Below, one piece after another: positions 42,106 through 51,574 of a stretch of 64,000 bases of DNA. Each line of letters starts with the position of its first letter. Position 1 is the first letter of the stretch. The stretch is from Candidatus Campbellbacteria bacterium (GTDB lineage: Bacteria; Patescibacteriota; Minisyncoccia; Phycocordibacterales; EsbW-18). Where the stretch lies: positions 80,255-144,254 of the forward strand of contig JANLIT010000002.1 in assembly GCA_024653945.1 (NCBI GenBank). The letters run 5' to 3'. A program made the translations under genes and the position numbers. The notes below the pieces were generated by a model that did not search any database, was not told where the DNA came from, and saw only the letters and a list, made by a program, of their open reading frames with translations.

Positions 42106-42777
42106 ATGGCCCAACCAAAAGCCGAATCGACACAGGCATTCGTGCCCATCAAAGAAATTCGTAGTGGTGTTGTTGTACTCAAAGATGGGTCTCTTCGTGC
42201 TGTCCTTCTTGCATCATCTCTCAACTTTGCTCTCAAATCTGAAGATGAGCAATCTGCCATCATCATGCAATTTCAAAACATGTTGAACTCTATTGAGTTT
42301 CCCATTCAGATACTCGTGCAATCCCGCAGACTTGATATTCGCCCATACATTGCCTTGCTAGAAAACCAACTAAAGGAACAAACAATTGACCTCATTAAGG
42401 TGCAAACACGTGAGTACATTGAATTTGTGAAAGGATTCACCGAGAATGTGAGCATCATGACAAAATATTTTTATATTGTGGTGCCCTACACTGGCGCAAT
42501 TGTGAGTGCCTCAAAGGGCGGTGTTCTCGGTGGACTCAAGGGGCTCTTTGGAAAAAAGAATCGTACCAATTCCGAACAAAAACTTACCGCTTTTGAAGAG
42601 AGTCGCAGTCAGCTCGAACAACGCGTTACCGCTGTAACACAAAACCTTGCGCGTACGGGCATTCGCTCAACACAACTAAGAACTGAAGAGCTTGTTGAGT
42701 TGTACTACAAAATGTTTAATCCTGGCGACTCAGAAAAACCTATTGTTCTGCAAGGACTTCAGGGGGTTCAAAAATAA
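42106..42777 (+). CDS. virB4: VirB4/TraC-family ATPase, N-terminal domain, encoded as a separate ORF (split gene or pseudogene)
   Basis: AFVPIKEIRSGVVVLKDGSLRAVLLASSLNFALKSEDEQSAIIMQFQNMLNSIEFPIQILVQSRRLDI is the canonical VirB4 N-terminus. TAA at 42775-42777 lies 3 nt before the ATG of the ATPase ORF. Confidence 0.55.
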   Translation: MAQPKAESTQAFVPIKEIRSGVVVLKDGSLRAVLLASSLNFALKSEDEQSAIIMQFQNMLNSIEFPIQILVQSRRLDIRPYIALLENQLKEQTIDLIKVQTREYIEFVKGFTENVSIMTKYFYIVVPYTGAIVSASKGGVLGGLKGLFGKKNRTNSEQKLTAFEESRSQLEQRVTAVTQNLARTGIRSTQLRTEELVELYYKMFNPGDSEKPIVLQGLQGVQK

Positions 42778-42780
42778 TAT

Positions 42781-44709
42781 ATGGGAATTCTTGATTTTAT
42801 AAAAGGAAAACCAAAAAAGGCGGCACAAATTACCCCCGTGCTTCCAAAGGATATTTACGAGGCTGGTGTGCTTGAACTCCAAGACGTTATTGCACCATCT
42901 GCTCTCAAAATAACACCCCGCGCACTCAACCTTGGGGACAAGGTGGTGCGAACGTTCTTTGCTATTTCATACCCACGCTTTCTTCCAGACAATTGGCTTT
43001 CACCAGTTATCAACATGGACAAGGTGTTTGATCTCTCTATCTCTATTATTCCTGTTGATACCGCACAAGTGCTCAAAGAATTCAGAAAGCGTGTTGCAGA
43101 AGTACAAAGCCAAATTCACATGCGCGAAGATAAGGGAATGGTGCGTGACCCAATGCTTGATAGTGCCTATGAAAATCTTGAATCACTTCGTGACCAACTA
43201 CAACAAGCAACTGAGAAACTATTTGATGTTGGACTGTATATCTCCATCTATTCAGAAAATGAGAGTGACCTTGATAAAACAGAATCAGAAATTCGCTCAC
43301 TTCTTGAATCACGTCTTATTTATCTCAAACCCGCGCTCTTCCAACAAGAGCAGGGATTCAAGAGCGTGCTTCCTGTGGGAACCGACGAACTTGGTATCCA
43401 CAGCAAACTCAACACAGCACCTCTCTCAAGCTTTTTTCCATTTGTGTCATTTGATCTTTCATCAAATCAGGGAATTCTCTATGGTGTGAACCGCCACAAC
43501 TCTGGACTCATTCTGTTTGACCGATTCTCTATGCCAAACTACAACTCAGTTATGTTTGCAACATCAGGGGCAGGAAAAAGTTACGCAACGAAGTTGGAAA
43601 TTCTTCGTACGCTCATGTTTGACACCGAAGTTATTGTAATTGACCCAGAGCGTGAGTATGAATTTATGGTTGATGCTATGGGTGGACGCTATTTTGATAT
43701 TTCACTTACATCTCAACACCACATCAATCCCTTTGACCTACCTCCAGTGCGCGAAGATGAAACCCCAGCAAACGTATTGCGTTCAAACATTATTACACTT
43801 GTGGGACTCTTCCGTATTATGTTTGGTGGGCTCACGCCAGAAGAGGATGCCATTATTGACCGAGCTATTACTGAAGTGTATGCACTCAAAGATATTACTG
43901 GAGAACACGATTTTGCGGGTGTTGAGCCACCCCTTTTGTCTGATTTTGAACTCGTGCTTGCGGGTATGAACGGTGGAGAATCGCTCGTACAACGACTTTC
44001 AAAGTACACCAAAGGAACGTGGTCTGGCTTCATCAACCAACCAACTAACGTGGATATCAATAAAAAATTTATTGTGTTCTCTGTACGTGACATGGAAGAG
44101 GAGCTCAAGCCGGTTGCTATGTATTTGATTACACACTATATCTGGAGTGCAGTACGCCGTACACTCAAAAAGCGCCTCCTTGTGGTGGACGAGGCATGGC
44201 TCATGATGAAGGATGAAAATACCGCATCGTTGTTGTTTGGGTTGGCAAAACGTGGACGAAAGTACTTCCTCGGCATTGCCACCATCACGCAGGATGTTGG
44301 GGACTTCCTACGTTCCCCATACGGACTTCCAATTATCACCAACTCTTCAATTCAGTTGCTCTTAAAACAGTCTCCGTCGTCTATTGATCTCGTGCAACAA
44401 ACATTTAACCTCACCGACGAGGAAAAGTTCTTGCTTCTTGAATCTGAGCGCGGGGAGGGCATTTTCTTTGCTGGACTCAAGCACGTGGCAATAAAAAGTA
44501 TTGCATCGTATACCGAAGACCAAATTATTACCTCGGACCCGTCACAACTTCTTGCACTCAAAAAATCACGAGAAGAATTACAGGCAACAAAAGAGAGTGA
44601 CGTGGTAAAAACAAGTGATGTTGAACCTCTTGCAGAAAAAGTATCACAATCTGAACAACACAAAAACGAGCTTCTCACCCAGGCTGTGGATATGAAAAAC
44701 GTAGAATAA
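42781..44709 (+). CDS. virB4: VirB4/TraC/CagE-family type IV secretion ATPase (C-terminal two thirds)
   Basis: Walker A ATSGAGKS, Walker B LLVVDEAW, and conserved FDxxGxxY and ATQ motifs. Confidence 0.8.
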   Translation: MGILDFIKGKPKKAAQITPVLPKDIYEAGVLELQDVIAPSALKITPRALNLGDKVVRTFFAISYPRFLPDNWLSPVINMDKVFDLSISIIPVDTAQVLKEFRKRVAEVQSQIHMREDKGMVRDPMLDSAYENLESLRDQLQQATEKLFDVGLYISIYSENESDLDKTESEIRSLLESRLIYLKPALFQQEQGFKSVLPVGTDELGIHSKLNTAPLSSFFPFVSFDLSSNQGILYGVNRHNSGLILFDRFSMPNYNSVMFATSGAGKSYATKLEILRTLMFDTEVIVIDPEREYEFMVDAMGGRYFDISLTSQHHINPFDLPPVREDETPANVLRSNIITLVGLFRIMFGGLTPEEDAIIDRAITEVYALKDITGEHDFAGVEPPLLSDFELVLAGMNGGESLVQRLSKYTKGTWSGFINQPTNVDINKKFIVFSVRDMEEELKPVAMYLITHYIWSAVRRTLKKRLLVVDEAWLMMKDENTASLLFGLAKRGRKYFLGIATITQDVGDFLRSPYGLPIITNSSIQLLLKQSPSSIDLVQQTFNLTDEEKFLLLESERGEGIFFAGLKHVAIKSIASYTEDQIITSDPSQLLALKKSREELQATKESDVVKTSDVEPLAEKVSQSEQHKNELLTQAVDMKNVE

Positions 44710-44716
44710 CCCGGCT

Positions 44717-45520
44717 ATGTCAGAAAATGATTCTCAAGAAAATAAAAAACCGAAACGAATTGATTCTACAACACGCTACTTGTTGATTGGAACCGCAATT
44801 ATTTTTGATCTTATCAGCATTATCCCTGTTGTTGGACAGTTCTTGGCCATTGGAGGGGCGGGTATCACTTTTTATATTTGGTTCAAGACACTCGGCGTAT
44901 CATTCATAAGCCCAAAACGAATTGTAACCACCGCCGTTGAGTATATTGGCGAAGCAATTCCTGTTGTAAGTGCTCTTCCCCTTATAACAACTGGAACAAT
45001 TATTATGATTGTGTTAACTGACATTGAGGACAAAACGGGAATCGGTTTGGCAAGTTTGGCAGCTGGAAAAATGTCAAAAGGGAAAGTGTCCACAACAGCA
45101 CAACGAACAGAAAGAAAGGCTGCACGTAGAGCGGCCGATCCCGAACGAGCAACTCGGGCACGAGAACGCCTAGCCAAAATGAAAGAAAAAAAGGTTGGTA
45201 TAGCGACAAAAACGAATCCTCAGGGAATGATGAGGGATTTAAAGCCAACCGAAAAGTACAATTATGGAGATGGTGGGGCAAAGGTGACATTTAAAAACCC
45301 TTGGCAGAAATTAAAGTTTAGAGTAGGAAAACCACAAATAAAGGCGACTGGTGGAGAGGAGTGGGAGCAAAACCCTGCAAGTGAACGCCTACGACTCATT
45401 CGAGGTGGTGGCCAGGGAATAAGTGCACCTAGTCAGCCACTATCAAAGTACAACGAGCCTCTCACCGACCATTCTCCTCCAACTGGTCCTGTGGAAAACA
45501 AAGAAAAAGGAACCGCTTAA
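44717..45520 (+). CDS. Hypothetical membrane protein (267 aa) in the T4SS-like cluster
   Basis: Three hydrophobic helices in the N-terminal 110 aa. Charged C-terminus. Confidence 0.4.
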   Translation: MSENDSQENKKPKRIDSTTRYLLIGTAIIFDLISIIPVVGQFLAIGGAGITFYIWFKTLGVSFISPKRIVTTAVEYIGEAIPVVSALPLITTGTIIMIVLTDIEDKTGIGLASLAAGKMSKGKVSTTAQRTERKAARRAADPERATRARERLAKMKEKKVGIATKTNPQGMMRDLKPTEKYNYGDGGAKVTFKNPWQKLKFRVGKPQIKATGGEEWEQNPASERLRLIRGGGQGISAPSQPLSKYNEPLTDHSPPTGPVENKEKGTA

Positions 45521-45547
45521 AATATAAAAGAGTGCTAGTATAAAGGT

Positions 45548-46261
45548 ATGACAACGCTTCAAAAAACAGCCATCCTTGTCTTTCTTTTTCTTTTTGGTGC
45601 TGTTGCCAACGCCCAAATAAACGTTACTACAGAAATTATCCGACCAACAGTTGAAATGATATGGGAAGCGCATTCTTATATTCCACCTTTTTATAAAGGA
45701 AAAGCACTCTATCCGATTGGTGGGGAAGTAACCGTCTTAGCGCTTCCTCCTGCTTCGTTGGGAAATCCAAACGCTCTCACCTACACATGGAAACGAGATG
45801 GGCAAGTGCAGGGGTCTCTTTCTGGTGTTGGAAAAAGTTCTTTTAGTTTCTCTGGTTCACAATTTGGAGACATACCACTCGTTGTTGTTGAGGTTTCTAG
45901 CGGAAACGCGAGAGCTGTTGGGGCGCTTCAAATTCAACAAATAAATCCAGTCATTAGGTTCTATGAAAATAAACCACTGGAAGGTGTTGCTCTTGAACAC
46001 GCACTTCCTCAAACTCTCACAACGACAAAAAAGGACATAGCACTTGAGGTATACCCGTATTTTTTCTCAGCAAATACTAACAACGACAGCTCGCTTGCAT
46101 ACTCGTGGTCAGCAAATGGAAAAAAAATTCTTGATGCAAAAGGTCCAAGTATTGTTGTACAAAGTGATGAACCTCGTTCCATCATCATGTTACTTTCCAT
46201 GAATCATGTTGCTCAAATTCTTCAACGAGCAAGTACTAGTATTCTCGTTACCTTTGAATAG
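45548..46261 (+). CDS. Secreted hypothetical protein (237 aa)
   Basis: Signal peptide LQKTAILVFLFLFGAVANA. SD AAAGG. Confidence 0.4.
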   Translation: MTTLQKTAILVFLFLFGAVANAQINVTTEIIRPTVEMIWEAHSYIPPFYKGKALYPIGGEVTVLALPPASLGNPNALTYTWKRDGQVQGSLSGVGKSSFSFSGSQFGDIPLVVVEVSSGNARAVGALQIQQINPVIRFYENKPLEGVALEHALPQTLTTTKKDIALEVYPYFFSANTNNDSSLAYSWSANGKKILDAKGPSIVVQSDEPRSIIMLLSMNHVAQILQRASTSILVTFE

Positions 46262-46262
46262 T

Positions 46263-47168
46263 ATGCGTATACTCACTAGAAAAAATGTTGTCTTTGTTTT
46301 AACTCTTGTCGTTTTCCTTGTACCCATCTTTTTTATTCATGCCGCAACAGAACCATACACACTTCTTGTCAATGATATTCCGGGTCTTGGAGAGACGGTA
46401 ACACCTGGTGCGGGAGGTGGGGTGGGTGCATATCTCAATACCATTTTTAGAATAGGTCTGGGTATTGCCGTAACACTTGCCATTCTTATGTTTGTCTACA
46501 ACGGAGTCATCTACATGACATCCGACATTGTTGGAAACAAAGAGGGTGCAAAAAAAGCATTCTTGAGTATTTTAGGAGGGCTCGTGCTTGTATTTAGCTC
46601 TGTGCTTATTCTTGAGGTCATCAATCCCCAACTTGTTAACTTTGGAATCTTTGAAACACTAGGAGCAATTGAACCCGCACCAGGTGGCGGGGGTGGGGGC
46701 GGAACGCCTCCTCCCCCTGGAGGGGATGGAACAACCGACCCCGCCATGGAAACCAGTGCTCGTGCATATTTAGATGCTAACCATATCACCGTAAATCAAG
46801 CCGCCTGTACTCCTGGACAAGGGGCTCCAAGTTGTATAAACGTTGGTGACATGTCGACACCTGTTGCACATCAACTTGTCGCTTTGGCTGAAGCCTGTGG
46901 ATGCAACATAAACATCACAGGTGGAACAGAGCGGGGTCACACAACACACGGACCAGACAAACCTATGTATGATTTTAGTAAAAAAATAATAAACGGCCAG
47001 ACACCGCCTATTACCACCTACCTTGAGGGCCTGCAAAAAGTGAAGGTGGTCGGTGGCGGACAAGTATATACTGATGGAACGAGTGAGTTCTGGGATGAGC
47101 CCGCAAATCCGGGTAGCAATTGGGGTTCACACTGGCATGCGTGTATTGGAACAACGTGTCGTTTTTAA
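46263..47168 (+). CDS. Pilin-like (TrbC/VirB2-like double-TM) N-terminus fused to a Cys/His-rich C-terminal domain
   Basis: Signal anchor plus a second hydrophobic segment (FRIGLGIAVTLAILMFVYNG...SILGGLVLVFSSVLILEVI). G/P-rich linker. C-terminus with CTPGQGAPSC, ACGC, HTTHG, HWHAC resembles a zinc-hydrolase fold. Confidence 0.35.
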   Translation: MRILTRKNVVFVLTLVVFLVPIFFIHAATEPYTLLVNDIPGLGETVTPGAGGGVGAYLNTIFRIGLGIAVTLAILMFVYNGVIYMTSDIVGNKEGAKKAFLSILGGLVLVFSSVLILEVINPQLVNFGIFETLGAIEPAPGGGGGGGTPPPPGGDGTTDPAMETSARAYLDANHITVNQAACTPGQGAPSCINVGDMSTPVAHQLVALAEACGCNINITGGTERGHTTHGPDKPMYDFSKKIINGQTPPITTYLEGLQKVKVVGGGQVYTDGTSEFWDEPANPGSNWGSHWHACIGTTCRF

Positions 47169-47180
47169 TAAATATAGTGT

Positions 47181-48425
47181 ATGAAAAAAATTGTTATTTT
47201 TATAATCGTATTTGTTGTCGCTCTTTTTTTGGCAGGGAGTGTGTGGTGGTTTTTTACGAAAAATGATTTAGCAACGACGGGAGACGGTACACAACAGGGA
47301 ACTCAAACATTTAACCCGTTTGGACTTTTTGGAGACATCACACCAATACGTCCCAGCGCAACGAGCACAGACGGACAAACACCCGACACTGGTGTACAAC
47401 AAAAAAAGTTTCTTACCGCTATTTCTGAAAAAGTAGTTGCTGGTTCCACATTTGCCATCATTACACATGGCACCTCTACCGATATGTTGGTGCGTTATGT
47501 TGAACGAGAAACAGGACACATTTTTGACTACTCACTTTCAACGGGGCTTACGACTCGTATTTCAAACACTACCGTTCCTCGCGTTCGTGAGGCATTGTGG
47601 GGAAACAACGCTTCAACCGTTGCGTTACGCTATCTTACTGAGGACGGTTCTATAGAAACATTTTTAGGAACCATTGCAACATCAAGCGCAAATTTGGACA
47701 ACGGATCACTTCTATCTGGATCATTCCTGCCAAAAGACATTGTATCTCTTTCTATTCACCCAACACTTCCAAAAACTTTTTATCTTACAAAAACAAATGC
47801 TGGTGGTGTTGGGTATGTTTTGAGTGAAAAAATTACAAAAAGTGTGTTTTTACACCCTTTTTCACAATGGCAAACCTCGTGGAGTGGAGCATCGTCCGTT
47901 CTTTTAACAACGGCACCGTCCTCTCAATCTAACGGAAACGCTTTCTTGCTTAACACAACAACGAAGACCTTTGACCGCATCGCCAGCAGCACGACCGCAT
48001 TAACAGCACACCCTTCTCCAGACGGATTGCGTGTTCTTTTTGGATCCGTAGGACAAGCCGGTATGCGACTCTTTATATATGATGTTATGAAAAAACAAAG
48101 AACCGCACTTTCTTTCAGCACGCTTCCAGAAAAATGTGCGTGGGTAGGGGCGGGAACCCTGTATTGCGCCATTCCTGATATTCAAATTCAAACAGGGCTT
48201 CCTGATGTGTGGTATCAAGGTGTTGTGTCGTTTTCTGACGAGCTTTGGAAAATTGATACACAAACAGGAAATGCAACATTCATTTTCGACCCACACGACA
48301 CAATTTCCGGTGGTGCCGACATGATTGATATAGGGGTGAGTGCTGGTGGAGGGTTTCTTTCATTCACAAATAAAAAAGACGGCCGGCTGTGGCTCGTTGA
48401 TTTTTCCGCCCAACCCGTAGAATAA
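47181..48425 (+). CDS. Hypothetical N-terminally anchored protein (414 aa), possibly beta-propeller-like
   Basis: N-terminal TM helix. Ser/Thr-rich. Last gene of the cluster before the bidirectional terminator. Confidence 0.4.
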   Translation: MKKIVIFIIVFVVALFLAGSVWWFFTKNDLATTGDGTQQGTQTFNPFGLFGDITPIRPSATSTDGQTPDTGVQQKKFLTAISEKVVAGSTFAIITHGTSTDMLVRYVERETGHIFDYSLSTGLTTRISNTTVPRVREALWGNNASTVALRYLTEDGSIETFLGTIATSSANLDNGSLLSGSFLPKDIVSLSIHPTLPKTFYLTKTNAGGVGYVLSEKITKSVFLHPFSQWQTSWSGASSVLLTTAPSSQSNGNAFLLNTTTKTFDRIASSTTALTAHPSPDGLRVLFGSVGQAGMRLFIYDVMKKQRTALSFSTLPEKCAWVGAGTLYCAIPDIQIQTGLPDVWYQGVVSFSDELWKIDTQTGNATFIFDPHDTISGGADMIDIGVSAGGGFLSFTNKKDGRLWLVDFSAQPVE

Positions 48426-48441
48426 CTTTGTTTAGTATTTT

Positions 48442-48479
48442 AAAAAGATGGACTTCTAAATTAGAAGTCCATCTTTTTG
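48442..48479. terminator. Bidirectional terminator between the T4SS-like cluster and yidC
   Basis: AAAAAGATGGACTTCTA...TAGAAGTCCATCTTTTT. Confidence 0.7.
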
Positions 48480-48483
48480 CTTG

Positions 48484-49218
48484 CTACTTACTACTTACTA
48501 CTTTTTCCGTATCCAATTTCTTTCGTATCATTCCTTCTTGTGCAATTGAAAAAAGGTTGCTTGTTGTCCAGTACAGAGCGACACTTGCTGGGAGTGCGTA
48601 TGAAATAAACACAATGATGACAGGGAAGACATATTTCATTTGGAGTGACATACTTTTTGCAAAATCTGCACCAAACCCCTTTTTACTTCCAACCTCTGGC
48701 GCCTTCATAAAGTACGCTTGAAAAAATTGAGAAACACCAGCAAGAACGGCTAGGGGTATGCTTTTTTGAGCAACATCAAGAAATCCAAGAAACATTGTTG
48801 AAATAGAACCTGGGTTTGATACAAATGAGTACAGAAAATCGGGGTGAATTTCAGGTAATCCTGTACGCACAAACATGTAATACAGCCCAAAAATAATGGG
48901 AATTTGGACAAGGAGAAAGAAGATACTTGCAAAAGGATTTACCTTATATGCCTTATACAGCTTCATCGTTTCCTGTGCTTGTCTGGCTGAATCATTTTTA
49001 AACTTTGTACGCACCTCATCCATCGCGGGCTGAATATTTTGCATTGCCATCTGTGTTCGAAGCGCTTTTTGTGCAAGAGGAAAGAGAATAAATCGTACGA
49101 TAACCGTAAAGACAACAACAATCACACCCAGGTCCGCCCACGGAAGTGCGTGCATGAGAATTACAACACCGTTGTAGAGAGGTTGTGTAACGAGTGTAAA
49201 GAAAAAACCTTGAGACAT
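48484..49218 (-). CDS. yidC: Membrane protein insertase YidC/Oxa1 family (short form)
   Basis: Five TM helices with the conserved Oxa1/YidC core (PLAQKALRTQMAMQNIQP...VNPFAS). The C-terminal ...VVSSK* is encoded by CTACTTACTACTTAC. Confidence 0.85.
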   Translation of the reverse strand: MSQGFFFTLVTQPLYNGVVILMHALPWADLGVIVVVFTVIVRFILFPLAQKALRTQMAMQNIQPAMDEVRTKFKNDSARQAQETMKLYKAYKVNPFASIFFLLVQIPIIFGLYYMFVRTGLPEIHPDFLYSFVSNPGSISTMFLGFLDVAQKSIPLAVLAGVSQFFQAYFMKAPEVGSKKGFGADFAKSMSLQMKYVFPVIIVFISYALPASVALYWTTSNLFSIAQEGMIRKKLDTEKVVSSK

Positions 49219-49236
49219 GAGCGTATTGTACTCTTT

Positions 49237-49566
49237 TTAGGAGGAGCGTCTAGTGAGTGTGTCGCCAAGCTCTTTTTGTATTTCGGCAGGAGTCGCCACA
49301 AACGGTTTTGAAAGAATAATGATGTAGTGTCCTGCAAAAGTATTTTGTTCTTTTGAGAGATTTTCTATCGCGGAATATATTTTTCTTCGTAATGCATTTC
49401 TACCTACTGCTGTACGAATATGTTTTTTAGGAACAACAACTGCCCATTGTGTTTTTGTGGGAGAGGGGAGGTGTCGTATAGCAAAGTGTGGTGTACGAAT
49501 AAGTGCGCCAGCTGAAAATGCTGTATCAAACTGTTGTGTGGAGAGTCGTTTGTTTTTAGAAAGCAT
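49237..49566 (-). CDS. rnpA: Ribonuclease P protein component
   Basis: KNKRLSTQQFDTAFSAG..IRTPHF...RNALRRKIYSAIENL is the RnpA RNR motif. Located immediately downstream of rpmH. Confidence 0.8.
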   Translation of the reverse strand: MLSKNKRLSTQQFDTAFSAGALIRTPHFAIRHLPSPTKTQWAVVVPKKHIRTAVGRNALRRKIYSAIENLSKEQNTFAGHYIIILSKPFVATPAEIQKELGDTLTRRSS

Positions 49567-49578
49567 GAAGCCGGGGGC

Positions 49579-49713
49579 TTATGCAGAAATCTTTTTTCGT
49601 CCCTTGGCACGACGTCGTTTAATCATTCGTCGTCCTGTTGATGTTCTCATACGAACACGAAACCCGTGTGTCATTGCTCGCTTTCTTTTCTTTGGTTGAT
49701 ATTTTCGTTTCAT
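49579..49713 (-). CDS. rpmH: 50S ribosomal protein L34
   Basis: Hand-translated as [44 protein letters not shown]. Not in the ORF track because it is under 60 aa. Confidence 0.85.
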   Translation of the reverse strand: MKRKYQPKKRKRAMTHGFRVRMRTSTGRRMIKRRRAKGRKKISA

Positions 49714-49974
49714 ACGATTTCACAAAATCGCGTCGCGCAAGTGTTGATTTTACGAAATCATGTCACGTACCGTCAATTGAGACGTGACACAGAGCGCGAC
49801 GGGTGCTGGGTGATTAGTTTGGTAGTTAGTAAAAATTGTTGACTTTTGTACTATGTGTTTTGTGTTACCTATTTTATGCTTCCGTTGTCCCCATATTATT
49901 AACATAGTTTTCATATTTTTTCAAGCTCACGGCTTGGAGAAGGAGTATATAATAACCAGGCATCAAATCTCCAA

Positions 49975-51339
49975 ATGAACATCACACCAACAGACACAAA
50001 AACATTATGGAAAGAAGTTCTTGGAATGATAGAGCTAACGGTGTCTAAGGCGGTATTTCGGACATGGTTTAAAGACACCCACATCGTCAAGGTAGAGGAC
50101 GGGGTGGTATTTGTGGGTGTTCCAAACCTCTTTGCAAAGGATTGGGTGTCTGAAAAACACCACAAAATGATATTGAAGAGCCTCCGTGACATATCAGACA
50201 CCATTCGGTCTGTTGAATACATCATTTCTACAAAAGCACCAAGTGAGACCAAGATACAATCATATACTCAGGTTTCCCCCGGAAACTCGCCCGACGAACT
50301 TCCTCTACGAGACCTCTACATCAATAAATTAGACAACCTTAACCCGCGATACACCTTTGACACGTTTGTGGTTGGGTCATTCAACGAGCTCGCCTATGCG
50401 GCCGCACAGGCGATTTTAGAGCGCCCCGGAACACGATATAACCCATTTTTTGTGTACGGGCAGACCGGTCACGGGAAAACACACCTTATTCAAGCAGTGG
50501 GAAACGAGATGCGAAAAAAATATCCGGACAAAAAAGTGTACTACGTAACATCTGAACGATTTGCACAAGATCTTGTCAATTCAATTCAACTTAATACAAC
50601 AAGTAATTTTAAAGAAAAATATAGAAAGTTTGATGTGTTAATTATGGATGATGTCCAATTTCTTTCAAATAAAGAAAAAATGCAGGAGGAGCTCTTCCAT
50701 TTATTTAATGAAATTTATGATAAAAATGGTCAAATTATCTTTTCCTCGGATAGACACCCTAACTATATACAAAGCCTTGCTGAACGTCTTAAATCACGCT
50801 TTAACGCTGGTATGACGGTGGATATACCGGCGCCTGATTCTGAGTCACGAATGGCGATTGTAAAAACGAAAGCGGCTGAAAATAATATTGTGTTGTCTGA
50901 TGAGATTGTAACCTACCTATCACACTCCATGGATGGAAACATTCGGGAGATTGAGGGGGCGCTTAACTCAATTATGTGCCAAATTTTACTCAAAAAGAGA
51001 GATTTAAGCCTTCAAGAAATTAAAGAGGTGGTTAAAAACAATATAAAACCGAAAAAAATGGTTGCTGTGAAGGATGTGGTAAAGATTGTTGCTGGTTTTT
51101 ACAATCTTGATGAAGAAAGTATTTATAAAAAGAGTCGTAAAAAAGAAGTGGTAAAACCACGGCAGGTAATTATGTATATTCTTCGTGAAGATTTTGCACT
51201 ACCATATCCAACCATTGGTCAAAAACTTGGTGGGAGAGACCACACAACGGTTATTCATTCGTATGAAAAAATTAAAAGGGAATTAGAAACAGATCATCAG
51301 TTGGGCCAAGAATTAACTCAGGTTCGTGCGATGTTATAG
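49975..51339 (+). CDS. dnaA: Chromosomal replication initiator protein DnaA
   Basis: Walker A GQTGHGKTHL, box VII, and the C-terminal DNA-binding HTH (GQKLGGRDHTTVIHSYEKI). Confidence 0.92.
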   Translation: MNITPTDTKTLWKEVLGMIELTVSKAVFRTWFKDTHIVKVEDGVVFVGVPNLFAKDWVSEKHHKMILKSLRDISDTIRSVEYIISTKAPSETKIQSYTQVSPGNSPDELPLRDLYINKLDNLNPRYTFDTFVVGSFNELAYAAAQAILERPGTRYNPFFVYGQTGHGKTHLIQAVGNEMRKKYPDKKVYYVTSERFAQDLVNSIQLNTTSNFKEKYRKFDVLIMDDVQFLSNKEKMQEELFHLFNEIYDKNGQIIFSSDRHPNYIQSLAERLKSRFNAGMTVDIPAPDSESRMAIVKTKAAENNIVLSDEIVTYLSHSMDGNIREIEGALNSIMCQILLKKRDLSLQEIKEVVKNNIKPKKMVAVKDVVKIVAGFYNLDEESIYKKSRKKEVVKPRQVIMYILREDFALPYPTIGQKLGGRDHTTVIHSYEKIKRELETDHQLGQELTQVRAML

Positions 51340-51574
51340 GTGTGGATATGTTTTGTATAAGTGTGTGTAGTACTTCTGTATAAATAGAGTAAGAAATGTG
51401 TTTAAAAAACGTATAAAAACCTAAAAATCTGAACATCGCTTTTTTAATCATTTTTTATCTTCCCTCTATACAATTCAATTCACAAGGCACTTTCTAAAAA
51501 ACCAATACAACACACGGCCTTAAAAACTTATACACATATTCACCCTCTTAATAGTAATAATAAGTTTTATATAT
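51340..51574. other. Candidate oriC (AT-rich dnaA-dnaN intergenic region with DnaA-box-like 9-mers)
   Basis: TGTGGATAT at 51341-51349 is 8/9 of TGTGGATAA. TTATACACA at 51528-51536 fits TTATNCACA. The region is AT-rich and lies between dnaA and dnaN. Confidence 0.35.
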
